From positions 1 to 52,458 of IMG/VR virus record IMGVR_UViG_3300027754_000128: 52,458 bases of DNA; one strand, given 5' to 3'. Origin of the DNA: a virus. Taxonomy: Duplodnaviria; Caudoviricetes. Numbering within the stretch: the first letter of the stretch is position 1; each line of letters begins with the position of its first letter. Under the pieces are notes generated by a model, which saw nothing but the letters and a program-made list of their open reading frames with translations, searched no databases and was not told where the DNA came from. Positions 1 to 7,699 of this stretch are shown here, one piece after another. A program made the position numbers and the translations under genes.

Positions 1-45
1 TCCCATGTGAACAGCGGCGGCGGTCAGGGTGATCGGCTCACTCAT
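1..45 (-). CDS. 5' end of excisionase-like gene (truncated by window edge; full copy 50814-51152)
   Basis: Identical to 51108-51152 (MSEPITLTAAAVHMG). Confidence 0.8.
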   Translation of the reverse strand, partial: MSEPITLTAAAVHMG

Positions 46-106
46 GGGCTTCCCGCCCAGGCCAGGAACTCGACGTACCGGATCACCAGCCAGATCGCGC
101 CGGGGA
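1..106. repeat. 106-bp exact direct repeat, copy 1 (copy 2 at 51108-51213)
   Basis: Base-by-base identity; similarity continues with substitutions to ~190 / ~51297. Confidence 0.97.
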
Positions 107-176
107 CGACCACGAACAAGACCGCAGCGACAATGCCGACGCGGGCGGCGACGGCCAGAGCGTCTTCGCTAATCAT
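42..176 (-). CDS. Small membrane protein, allele A (44 aa)
   Basis: MISEDALAVAARVGIVAAVLFVVVPGAIWLV...; conserved allele at 51149-51283; ATGA overlaps at both ends. Confidence 0.75.
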   Translation of the reverse strand: MISEDALAVAARVGIVAAVLFVVVPGAIWLVIRYVEFLAWAGSP

Positions 177-439
177 GTGTTCTCCAGTGCCGCACTGATT
201 TCCTCGATCTCGGAACGATGCGGCGCATCCATCTTCAGCGCGTGCAAAGCAGAGGACAGCGCACCCCGCAGCCGCTCGATCTCGTCTGCCTGTCTCGCGT
301 CCCACACGACCATCTTGTTGTGCGTGGCTGTGAGTTCGCTGTTGAGACGACGCAGGCGCTCGATTTCGTCGGCGGCTTCATACATCGTAGCCAGCGTCCC
401 GGCTTCCCGGCGCAGCTTCTTTACTAGGTCATCGCTCAT
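173..439 (-). CDS. Small coiled-coil cassette protein (EAADEIERLR type), allele A
   Basis: ORF bounded by GGAGAACACATGA junctions; N-terminus shared with 51280-51483. Confidence 0.8.
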   Translation of the reverse strand: MSDDLVKKLRREAGTLATMYEAADEIERLRRLNSELTATHNKMVVWDARQADEIERLRGALSSALHALKMDAPHRSEIEEISAALENT

Positions 440-887
440 GTGTTCTCCAATTCAAATAGCTGCTTGCGCTCCAGTGGGTGGCCGTCTTTTCGTGGGCGGG
501 ACGGTACAGACCACGACCCCCCCCCCGTTCGCCAAGGCATCGCCATCCAGCACCCAGCACGCTTGCGCCTGTCTCGCTCGCCAGCAGATAGGTTCCGATG
601 CGGCGGTATCCGAGTGCGAAGCAGGCCCGAGCGGCTGCGCCGTACAGGAAGGAACAGGCGTTGCGTGTCCCGTCCGTGCATAGCCGCGTCACCTCCAACG
701 TGTTGCCATCGTCACGCATCCGAGATACCGGACGACCAACAATCACCACGCCTACAAGGAACTCTCCTGCGACTGCGCCAAGGCTGAACTTGTGGCCGAC
801 AACAGGCCGATGATGGCGATGCAAAACGCGAACAAAATCGTTCGCCGTCACCAACTCAACCTTTCGCAGTTGCAGGCGTTCGCTCAT
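436..887 (-). pseudogene. XF1762-family / Mom-like GNAT-fold protein, frameshifted in a G10 tract
   Basis: N-part ANDFVRVLHRHHRPVVGHKFSLG...GRPVSR...LEVTRLCTDGTRNACSFLY is in one frame; C-terminal GGGSWSVPSRPR...LENT is in another and ends at the cassette junction at 436. Confidence 0.75.
517..526 (-). repeat. G10 homopolymer (C10 on + strand) at the frameshift
   Basis: Ten consecutive C; G11 or G8 restores the frame. Confidence 0.9.
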
Positions 888-910
888 CGCGGGACGCGCT
901 CATCGCTCAT
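884..910 (-). other. 8-aa minigene MSDERVPR (probable cassette remnant)
   Basis: Follows a GGAGAGCACATGA junction; its stop overlaps the next start (ATGA). Confidence 0.55.
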
Positions 911-1176
911 GTGCTCTCCTCCGCCTTATGAACCAAGAGCGTGCAGCGCCGGGGCGTGAACACTTCGCCATCCTTGTGGGTGATGAAGTCGATTATCTCT
1001 TGGCAGCCGCGCTCATCGACGTGCAGCGTGCCGACATCGGGCACGTTCAGAGCGTTGACGCCAATCCACAGTGTTGTGTCGATGTCGGCGGCGTCCACCA
1101 TCGACACAACGTCCGCCTCTTGGTGGCAGGGGGGGCAATATCCCACACGCCCATGTGGACACGCTTCATCGCTCAT
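907..1176 (-). CDS. Hypothetical cassette protein with N-terminal Cys/His motif (CPHGxxGYCPPC)
   Basis: MSDEACPH...AEEST; ATGA coupling at both ends. Confidence 0.7.
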   Translation of the reverse strand: MSDEACPHGRVGYCPPCHQEADVVSMVDAADIDTTLWIGVNALNVPDVGTLHVDERGCQEIIDFITHKDGEVFTPRRCTLLVHKAEEST

Positions 1177-1589
1177 GTGCCGCGCTCCACTTCGACAGCG
1201 GCCTTGCCTTCCGGCGAGAACGCGGAAATCCACGCAGCCGGGTCGACGCCGATCGCCTTCCACCAGGCACGCTCGTCGCCGGCCTTGTGCAGGGCGGCTG
1301 GCGAGGCATCGTGGTGGTAGTCGCACAACGGCACCGTAAGCTCGTCAGGACGCCGCTGGCCTAGCTTCCCGTGACCCTGTGGCCCGATAGACCGGACATG
1401 GTGGGCATGGCTTGGCGGGGCTGTTTTATGGCCTGTACCGCGGCACGCGATGCAGGGCTGGCCCTTCACCCGCGCGATGTGCCGCTTGTTCTTCGCCGGC
1501 CCCTTTTTGACCAGCGAGCGGGAGCCGGTCTTGGGGTGGCCCCTATTCTCTATTTTTGATTTAGGGGCCGGGTCTCTGGCGCGGATCAC
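1173..1589 (-). CDS. DUF968/Ref-like Zn-binding HNH-fold protein
   Basis: PCIAC...HAHH...TVPLCDYHH...LH..GDERAWW motif; its 3' end recurs at 52398-52458 with only synonymous changes. Confidence 0.75.
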   Translation of the reverse strand: MIRARDPAPKSKIENRGHPKTGSRSLVKKGPAKNKRHIARVKGQPCIACRGTGHKTAPPSHAHHVRSIGPQGHGKLGQRRPDELTVPLCDYHHDASPAALHKAGDERAWWKAIGVDPAAWISAFSPEGKAAVEVERGT

Positions 1590-2575
1590 CAGCCGACCCA
1601 CTGGCAGAAACGCGACCAAAGGGATGGCTGAAGGGCGACCGGCTCGATGACGGGCAGGTTGGGGAGGTTTGGTGAAGGCAATTCGCCCGGCACTAAAACC
1701 TCAAGAGGGCCATGAGGCGTGGGGTAACGCTTCTTCCATTGTCCACGGTGGGCACTCCATTGAACGGCTTTGAGGGAGACGCCCAAATGTTCGGCTGCTT
1801 GACGATAGGTCATCCAGGAACCGGCGATATTGATGATAGGCGAGATGACCGGCCCGACGCTGGCGAAGGGTGGGGTGGACGGGAGCAAATGAGCTGGGAT
1901 TAATAAATCGATGCCTGTGCTGCGGCCACCAAACGCGCGCCGCTTCTGCCAGCCACCTTGCGTGGCACGACGATGGATGGTCGATACGGAGCAGTCAAAC
2001 ATCTGGACGGCACGCTCAATCGTCACCCAGACCTTGTCAGGGTCGTCGGTGTATTTCTCCAATAACTTGTCGGGAATTGCGTAGATCGGGATTCCGCGCC
2101 CCCAAGCGTATGTCTTTCTCGGGAAGGAAGAATGATGGAAGTTTGCAAAGGCGGCTTTGCGACCAGTGACTTTCGCGTAAGTAGGCCCGGTCATCCACGT
2201 CGAACCTGCGATGGGCTCCGAGGTGTTGAGTTTTGCCGCGTAGCGTTCGACCTTGGCACGCATTTTAAGCACAGCCTTTCGTCTTGCGCGGCGACCTTCT
2301 GCACTTACGCGGCGTTTCGATTTCTGTTCGAGTTCGACGGCCGGCTGTTCCGCCACCTTGGTGGCCGTCAGGGCCGCATGATCGGCGATCATGTCCGACA
2401 TCCACGTTGACGGCGGCGACGACCTCGGCCGACCCTGCGGCGCTGTATATCCATTTCCTTGCGACATGAAATTGACCTCCGGCATGGTGAGTTGTGTTCC
2501 GTCTCGGGTACGCTCTCTGACGCGCTTGATGCGAAAGTAGTCGGCGACGTGGGTGCGGCGATGGCTGCGGGTCAT
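1586..2575 (-). CDS. DNA-binding protein with tandem Xis/MerR-like HTH repeats
   Basis: WVTIERAVQMFDCSVSTIHRRA and WMTYRQAAEHLGVSLKAVQWSA repeats; start uncertain. Confidence 0.6.
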   Translation of the reverse strand: MTRSHRRTHVADYFRIKRVRERTRDGTQLTMPEVNFMSQGNGYTAPQGRPRSSPPSTWMSDMIADHAALTATKVAEQPAVELEQKSKRRVSAEGRRARRKAVLKMRAKVERYAAKLNTSEPIAGSTWMTGPTYAKVTGRKAAFANFHHSSFPRKTYAWGRGIPIYAIPDKLLEKYTDDPDKVWVTIERAVQMFDCSVSTIHRRATQGGWQKRRAFGGRSTGIDLLIPAHLLPSTPPFASVGPVISPIINIAGSWMTYRQAAEHLGVSLKAVQWSAHRGQWKKRYPTPHGPLEVLVPGELPSPNLPNLPVIEPVALQPSLWSRFCQWVGW

Positions 2576-2967
2576 GTCGGCTCCCTCAACTGGATGCCGC
2601 GCATGGCGCACACGGCATGGATGAAATCTATGAGGCTGGAGAACCCCTTCTTCCTCAGTCTCGTTGTGCTGGGGCGAAGCTGGATCGGGTGGTCGAGGAA
2701 GATCACCATGTCCGAGTCGCCGCCATGCTCGATCATCCAGGCGGTGACGAGTGCCGTCTTGGCCTCCTCAACCGTGAGCCTGCGGCCATCGTCGGTGGCT
2801 AGTCCGCCCTCGACTACCTCTTCCAGCAAAGCGTGAAGCAGGCGATTCTGCCGGCTGTTCCTGCGCGGTTCGCCGATCTCGATGACCAGCCCCTTGGTCG
2901 CGCGCCGCACGAGATCAACGGCCCGCGCCCGGTCCTCCGGGGTCTGGAGGTAGACCTGGAGGCTCAT
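2572..2967 (-). CDS. ninB: NinB/Orf-family recombination protein
   Basis: RNSRQNRLLHALL...STTRLRKKGFSSLIDFIHA motif; near ERF. Confidence 0.75.
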   Translation of the reverse strand: MSLQVYLQTPEDRARAVDLVRRATKGLVIEIGEPRRNSRQNRLLHALLEEVVEGGLATDDGRRLTVEEAKTALVTAWMIEHGGDSDMVIFLDHPIQLRPSTTRLRKKGFSSLIDFIHAVCAMRGIQLREPT

Positions 2968-3608
2968 TAGCGAATCGCCGTTCTGACCGTCTCGAAGATG
3001 CGGATGCCGGGGATGGCGCGCAGACCGCCGGCGACGGCCGCTTTGACTGCGGCCTCGTTGACCATGCAGTAGTTCCGCGGCACCAGCGACGGGTCGAGGA
3101 CTTCGTGCGTCCACTTCGTGCTGGCGCTGGCGAGCGCACCGCCGCTTGAGACGACGCGCGCGGCCTCGCGGACGACGACCGGGGCCGCCATGGGTGTCGG
3201 CTCATCGAATAGCGCCGCCGCCTCGCGTTCGGCCTTCTCGCGGGCAGCGGTTGCCGCCCGTTCCGCCGCCAGCTTCGCGGACTGGAAGCGGTTGATCGCG
3301 CCGACCACCTTGTCGATTGAGTCTTTGACCGGCTGGGAGAGGCCAGAGAAGAAGCCATCCACGGTGCGGCCGTCCGCGAGTATCTGCTGCTTCTCCTTCG
3401 TGCGGGCCGCCTCGATCGCCTTGGCAACTTCCTTCAGCGCGCGAGCCGTCTCTGCGTAGTCGCCGGCCTCGTCGTCGCTTTCAATCGCGCGGATCTCGGC
3501 CGGCACGAGCTGGGCTGCGTTCGTGGCGCCAGTCGAGAGCGCGGCGTGATCCATCGCCAGACGATCGGCGAGGGGCGGGGCATTGCCGCCGATGCCATGG
3601 CGGCTCAT
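2967..3608 (-). CDS. Coiled-coil recombination-module protein (Gp157/Gam-like C-terminus)
   Basis: GIGGNAPP start; C-terminal VKAAVAGGLRAIPGIRIFE; adjacent to ERF. Confidence 0.55.
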   Translation of the reverse strand: MSRHGIGGNAPPLADRLAMDHAALSTGATNAAQLVPAEIRAIESDDEAGDYAETARALKEVAKAIEAARTKEKQQILADGRTVDGFFSGLSQPVKDSIDKVVGAINRFQSAKLAAERAATAAREKAEREAAALFDEPTPMAAPVVVREAARVVSSGGALASASTKWTHEVLDPSLVPRNYCMVNEAAVKAAVAGGLRAIPGIRIFETVRTAIR

Positions 3609-4348
3609 GCTGCCACCGCGCCTGTGCGATCCATCGCGGCATCGTAGGCTTCGAGCAGACGTTCGTAGTCGGCCGGCAGTTCGGTCTCGATCACGCCAAG
3701 GCGGGCCTTCTCGGTCTTCCACCAGGCTTTGAGTTCGTCGGACGTGTTCATGCCCTTGAACATTTCGACCGCAGCGGCGCACCACTGCTGCTTCTTTGTC
3801 GGCGGCGCGACAATCTTGGGAGCGGGGGCCTTGGATTCGGAGATCAACCCGTCGCGAGAGGCCTCGTCCTTTGCCGCCTGCGTTCCGACCGGGCCGACAA
3901 AGCGACGTGGCCCGGCTGGCCGGAAGTCGCCGCCGCCGTTCGCCATACCCCTGGTGCCTGTGTGTTCGTCATTTCCGTCGAGGTCGACGGGCGCTACGCC
4001 ACACATTGACGACAGCGCGAACCTGCGGGCGTAGGTGATGCTTGAGCCGTGGCCGTGCTGGTCGGCCTTGGTGACGGGCATACCCAGCACTTCACTCATC
4101 CACTGACCGGACGAGTGCATCATCATTGTCTCGACCTCGATGCCGCCGCCTTCGCGGATGCGGGGGAACTGCACCACCGCGATGTTGTTGGCGGAAAGCG
4201 GCGCGCGGATCGCGTCCCAGACCGCACCGAGGTCAGCGTACTTGGAGCGGAACGCGGGATTTTCCCGATCCTTGGTCGCCCCTTCGATCGCAGCCTGCGC
4301 CTTCGCCATAGCGGCGGCGATCTCGTTGATCTGTTCACTTCGTTGCAT
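3605..4348 (-). CDS. erf: ERF-family single-strand annealing protein
   Basis: EIAAAMAKAQ...NPAFRSKYADL...HSSGQW...GSSITYARRFAL. Confidence 0.92.
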   Translation of the reverse strand: MQRSEQINEIAAAMAKAQAAIEGATKDRENPAFRSKYADLGAVWDAIRAPLSANNIAVVQFPRIREGGGIEVETMMMHSSGQWMSEVLGMPVTKADQHGHGSSITYARRFALSSMCGVAPVDLDGNDEHTGTRGMANGGGDFRPAGPRRFVGPVGTQAAKDEASRDGLISESKAPAPKIVAPPTKKQQWCAAAVEMFKGMNTSDELKAWWKTEKARLGVIETELPADYERLLEAYDAAMDRTGAVAA

Positions 4349-4559
4349 GACTTGCTCCATTGATTTTGAGGCAGGAAACCCGTGTGCCGCTCGGCACGAC
4401 GTTCGCGAGGCTGACGAGGTCGAGCGCGCAGGCGGTGGGTGACGACAGTGCCTTGCCGCGTGGGCGGCAGTCGGGGTCGCACTGCATGAGTTGCCAGCGC
4501 GGCGTGTCGGCCTGGGCCGGCAGCGCGATCAGGCAGAGCGCGAGCGCGAGGGGCTTCAT
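4335..4559 (-). CDS. Small secreted Cys-containing protein
   Basis: Signal peptide MKPLALALCLIALPAQA; four Cys in the mature part. Confidence 0.6.
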   Translation of the reverse strand: MKPLALALCLIALPAQADTPRWQLMQCDPDCRPRGKALSSPTACALDLVSLANVVPSGTRVSCLKINGASHATK

Positions 4560-4945
4560 GCGTTCCACCGATCCTCGGCGCGCTGCTCGGCGCGCTGTTC
4601 TGCGGCGTCGTCCTCGTCGGCTTGCAGGTCATCGAGCGCCTGCTCGCACGCCTGTGCCTGGCCGTCCTCGCTTTCCAGCCAGTCGGCCGCGATGCTATCG
4701 AGCGTGCCTTGGGCGAGGTCGGCGTAGGCGCCGTCGAAGGGCGACGGCTTGCCGTCTTTGAGCGGCACCGCGCTGCCCCATTCGGCCATCGCGGCCTCTG
4801 CCGGCTGGCCGCCGGATGCGTAGGACGGCCCCTGCTCTGCAACGCGGGCGTGATAGGTGAACGTGATGCGGACATCGATCTCCGCGCCTTCGTCCGCGTC
4901 GCCGACCGGGATCGTGGCGTCGATCGTGTGGGTGCTGCTCATCAC
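4556..4945 (-). CDS. Acidic hypothetical protein
   Basis: Coupled ORF in the leftward operon. Confidence 0.65.
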   Translation of the reverse strand: MMSSTHTIDATIPVGDADEGAEIDVRITFTYHARVAEQGPSYASGGQPAEAAMAEWGSAVPLKDGKPSPFDGAYADLAQGTLDSIAADWLESEDGQAQACEQALDDLQADEDDAAEQRAEQRAEDRWNA

Positions 4946-5154
4946 GCGGCCTCCAGTCCGAGATCGGAGGCGGAAACGGCGCGCGGCTGCGCCTCAACTT
5001 CCCGCTGAAGCATCTTTGCGATGCTCGCGGCATCCTTTGGGAACAGCCAGAATGTGGTTGTCACCATTGTTTTTCCGGCGTCATCGGACGCCCACAAGGA
5101 CAGTCCAATCTGACCTTTGTTCGATTGAGTGAGGTAGTTCAGCGAGGGCTTCAC
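4942..5154 (-). CDS. Hypothetical protein
   Basis: Coupled ORF with GGAG RBS. Confidence 0.6.
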   Translation of the reverse strand: MKPSLNYLTQSNKGQIGLSLWASDDAGKTMVTTTFWLFPKDAASIAKMLQREVEAQPRAVSASDLGLEAA

Positions 5155-5360
5155 GCGACATCTCCCTGGCGGTCGTTCATTGCGATGCTCGCGGCGCGGT
5201 GGGCGAGCAGAACGGCGTGCTGGCGGACGACCTGACGCTTGCTCTGGCAGAGCTGCTGGAGCGCGCGAACCAGCGTTTCGCCGATCGCGCCGGTAAACAC
5301 CGCACGCCGTGCGGCGAAGAGGGCGACCTCTTCCACTGAGGCGAGGGACAGGGCGTTCAT
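5151..5360 (-). CDS. Hypothetical protein (MNALSLASVEEV...)
   Basis: ATGA/GTGA coupling at both ends. Confidence 0.55.
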   Translation of the reverse strand: MNALSLASVEEVALFAARRAVFTGAIGETLVRALQQLCQSKRQVVRQHAVLLAHRAASIAMNDRQGDVA

Positions 5361-5593
5361 GCCGCCACCCGCATCGCGACGCCGGCTGCGTGGGCCTCGA
5401 GCATCTCGAGCGCGGCGGCGATCCGGTGGCCGGCGTAGACCTCCTGGCAGTCGGGCGCCTCGGCGATCATGTAGTGGCCGTGCCTGCGGGGCGTCCGGTA
5501 GATCGTGCCGATCCGCTGGCCGGCGTCGGTGACGACCTCGGCCGTGTCGGTCAGGCCGTCGGCGGCGGTGAAATTGAGCGGCTGAATGGTCAT
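5357..5593 (-). CDS. Hypothetical protein, first gene of the PL operon
   Basis: GGAGG RBS before ATG 5593; directly downstream of PL. Confidence 0.65.
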   Translation of the reverse strand: MTIQPLNFTAADGLTDTAEVVTDAGQRIGTIYRTPRRHGHYMIAEAPDCQEVYAGHRIAAALEMLEAHAAGVAMRVAA

Positions 5594-5616
5594 GCTGTCC
5601 CTCCGTTGTTGGAAGG

Positions 5617-5659
5617 AGAGTACGCATAATGCGTCCGCATCGTCAAACGCAAAAAGCGT
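5617..5659 (-). promoter_or_regulatory. PL promoter with two operators (5622-5634, 5647-5659)
   Basis: TTGACG-N18-TACTCT on the minus strand; ACGCATAATGCGT and ACGCAAAAAGCGT. Confidence 0.75.
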
Positions 5660-5700
5660 ACACCGCAAACAAAATGGTACGCCGCCAGAAAACCCTTAAA

Positions 5701-6387
5701 TTACTTGCGCTTACGGAAGGGCTGGTACTTTCCGATCACGAGGGCAATCAGGGCGATCTCCTCGTCTTCCGGTGGATTATCGGTATCCAGTTCAATCGGC
5801 CGCCATTTAGGGTCAGTCGAATCTGGTGCCAGGATCAGGATGTTGCCGCGCTTACGCAGTCGCTTGGCCGTCACCTCCCGTTGCCCCTGCTGAAAACGGC
5901 GCCGCTCGACAATCACGATGTCGTCTTCTGCGAACACAATGCCCGCGACGGCCTTGTCCACGCAGTGAAAGACATCCCCCGGCCCAGCAACACGGTTCAT
6001 CGACGTGCCGCGAACGATCAAGCCGTACTGTGAGTCAATTGGATAGCCGGCAGTTGGAGCTATCGGGAATTGCTCGAAGTCGTCGGCGTCCAGATCCGCG
6101 TCCAGGTCAAGCCACCGACCGGCCGCCACCTCACCGCGCGTAGGAACGGCGACCATCGCGCGCTGGGCCTTTTTCTGCGGCTGGGAACCTCCCTCTAGAA
6201 GCCACTCCCACGAAACGCTGAAGGCTCGCGCGTAGGCTTTCGCCATAGCCCGCTTAGGCACGCGCTGTCCGTTCTCGTGCGTCAAATAAGTAGACCGCAC
6301 CCAGCCAAAAGAGCGGGCGGCCTCTACTGCGGATTGGAACCCGGCTTCTTTGCGCGCCCACTTCAGACGTTCTGCTGGCGTGTTCAT
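5701..6387 (-). CDS. cI: CI-like repressor (XRE HTH + S24 peptidase)
   Basis: ERLKWARKEAG...STYLTHENG HTH; GEVAAG cleavage region; VRGTSM and TAKR catalytic motifs. Confidence 0.93.
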   Translation of the reverse strand: MNTPAERLKWARKEAGFQSAVEAARSFGWVRSTYLTHENGQRVPKRAMAKAYARAFSVSWEWLLEGGSQPQKKAQRAMVAVPTRGEVAAGRWLDLDADLDADDFEQFPIAPTAGYPIDSQYGLIVRGTSMNRVAGPGDVFHCVDKAVAGIVFAEDDIVIVERRRFQQGQREVTAKRLRKRGNILILAPDSTDPKWRPIELDTDNPPEDEEIALIALVIGKYQPFRKRK

Positions 6388-6411
6388 TAGGAACACATCG
6401 CACAGCCATCC

Positions 6412-6453
6412 ACGCAAAAGGCGTTGACGGTGAGGACGCATTATGCGTACTGT
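6412..6453 (+). promoter_or_regulatory. PR promoter with two operators (6412-6424, 6436-6448)
   Basis: TTGACG-N18-TACTGT; ACGCAAAAGGCGT and ACGCATTATGCGT; mirror image of PL. Confidence 0.75.
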
Positions 6454-6460
6454 CTCGGTC

Positions 6461-6703
6461 ATGATCACTTCGCCCTCTCAAGCAATCGAACTTCTCGGCG
6501 GCCACAAAAGCCTGTCTGGGCGCATCCATCGGCCTCTCACGACTGTCGCTTCTTGGGTGAAGCGGGATTCCATCCCCGTCGAGGTCTGGTCAAAGCTGAT
6601 CGACCTCGCGAAGGCGCGCGGCGTCGAAGGCGTCACTTACGAAACGCTCGCCCGCGCTCACGCGCCCGCTCGGCCCGGCAAGCGCAAGCGGCGTGCAGCA
6701 TGA
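6461..6703 (+). CDS. cro: Cro-like repressor
   Basis: IELLGG...TTVASWVKRDSIP..W motif; divergent from cI. Confidence 0.85.
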   Translation: MITSPSQAIELLGGHKSLSGRIHRPLTTVASWVKRDSIPVEVWSKLIDLAKARGVEGVTYETLARAHAPARPGKRKRRAA

Positions 6704-7074
6704 AGGTCCGCGCCAAACAGAACGGACCGGAGCATATAGCCCTGTTGCGTCTTGGGCAGCGTCGGGCGCGGGAACGCCGCCTGAACGGCGAGGGTTTCAT
6801 CTACGCGGCAGAACTGCCCGGCACGGATATCATTAAAATCGGCTTTTCGCTCATGCCCGAAAAAAGAGTGCGGGGCGTCAGCATCCAAAACTACGCGAGA
6901 GCGCAGTTGCTGGCGAAGACACCCGGCACCGAACCCGCTGAGCGGGCGCTGCACAAGGTCCTCCGTGAACACTGCAGGCTCGACCTGCCTGGCTTCGAGT
7001 TCTACCCGCGCGCCATCCTGTCTCATCCGGCAATTCCTTCAGGGCTACGGGTGCCCGGCAAGCGTGCAGCGTGA
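6700..7074 (+). CDS. T5orf172/GIY-YIG-like nuclease-domain protein
   Basis: GFIYA...IKIGFS..PEKRV...ERALH...EFY. Confidence 0.75.
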   Translation: MKVRAKQNGPEHIALLRLGQRRARERRLNGEGFIYAAELPGTDIIKIGFSLMPEKRVRGVSIQNYARAQLLAKTPGTEPAERALHKVLREHCRLDLPGFEFYPRAILSHPAIPSGLRVPGKRAA

Positions 7075-7284
7075 AGGCAACGGCGCTCGCGATGATCGGT
7101 TCCATGAAATCTGCCGTCTCCTATGCGCGGCACGATCACGTCGACCTGCTTCCTCCCCCCTTGGTCGCGCGTGCAACTGACGGCGGCAGGCTTGGCTTGG
7201 TCTGCCGCCGTCTCTTTCTCGACGTAGAGCCTGGCGACCACCCTCGCGGTGGCAGCGCCCAACCGAATGAAATCCCGATCACCC

Positions 7285-7629
7285 ATGCCGAAAAAAGTAC
7301 CAGCGTGCATTCACAAGGCTTTGGAAATGTCATCCACGCACAACGAAACACTGGCGGCCGCTCGTCGCCTATTGATTGAAATCTGTGGCCCACGAACTTG
7401 GAATCAGACCAGACAGGCATGGCTCGCAAGAGGTGCTGCGCTGCTGGGCTGGAAGTACCGCCGTGCGGCGGCGCTTTTCTACAATGAAGCAAGACGCATC
7501 GAGCATGACGAGTACGTCCAGCTTGAGTCCCGTCTCATCGATCTTGAACAAAAACAAGCGGCACGGGAGGCCCATCTACATGAAATCCATTCTTTACGTT
7601 CGCGCCTCGACGGCACTCGCGATGGCTGA
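7285..7629 (+). CDS. CII-like HTH regulator
   Basis: LARGAALLGWKYRRAAALFYNEARRI; position after cro; start uncertain. Confidence 0.55.
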   Translation: MPKKVPACIHKALEMSSTHNETLAAARRLLIEICGPRTWNQTRQAWLARGAALLGWKYRRAAALFYNEARRIEHDEYVQLESRLIDLEQKQAAREAHLHEIHSLRSRLDGTRDG

Positions 7630-7699
7630 CTTCTTCTTCTGGATCAGCACTCTCTTCGCGCAGCAGGCCCGCATCCTGCACGATCGGTTGCCGCGATGA
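7580..7699 (+). CDS. Small hydrophobic protein (39 aa) overlapping the upstream gene
   Basis: GGAGG at 7566-7570; stop overlaps the next ATG. Confidence 0.45.
   Translation: MKSILYVRASTALAMADFFFWISTLFAQQARILHDRLPR

Noticed and set aside
1-106. Physical terminal repeat of the virion DNA
   Set aside because: The repeat lies inside xis and fades into diverged alleles; better explained by tandem elements or assembly overlap
429-887. 152-aa ORF taken as an intact gene
   Set aside because: Its C-terminus after the G tract is out of frame; the family-like end and the junction motif are in the other frame
173-1176. CRISPR array or integron attC array
   Set aside because: Repeats are 13 bp, non-palindromic and separated by whole genes; no cas genes or integron-type integrase were recognised
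7023-7379. Overlapping ORFs 7071-7379 (+) and 7023-7286 (-) between the nuclease and CII-like genes
   Set aside because: No clear RBS or motif; cannot decide which, if either, is real
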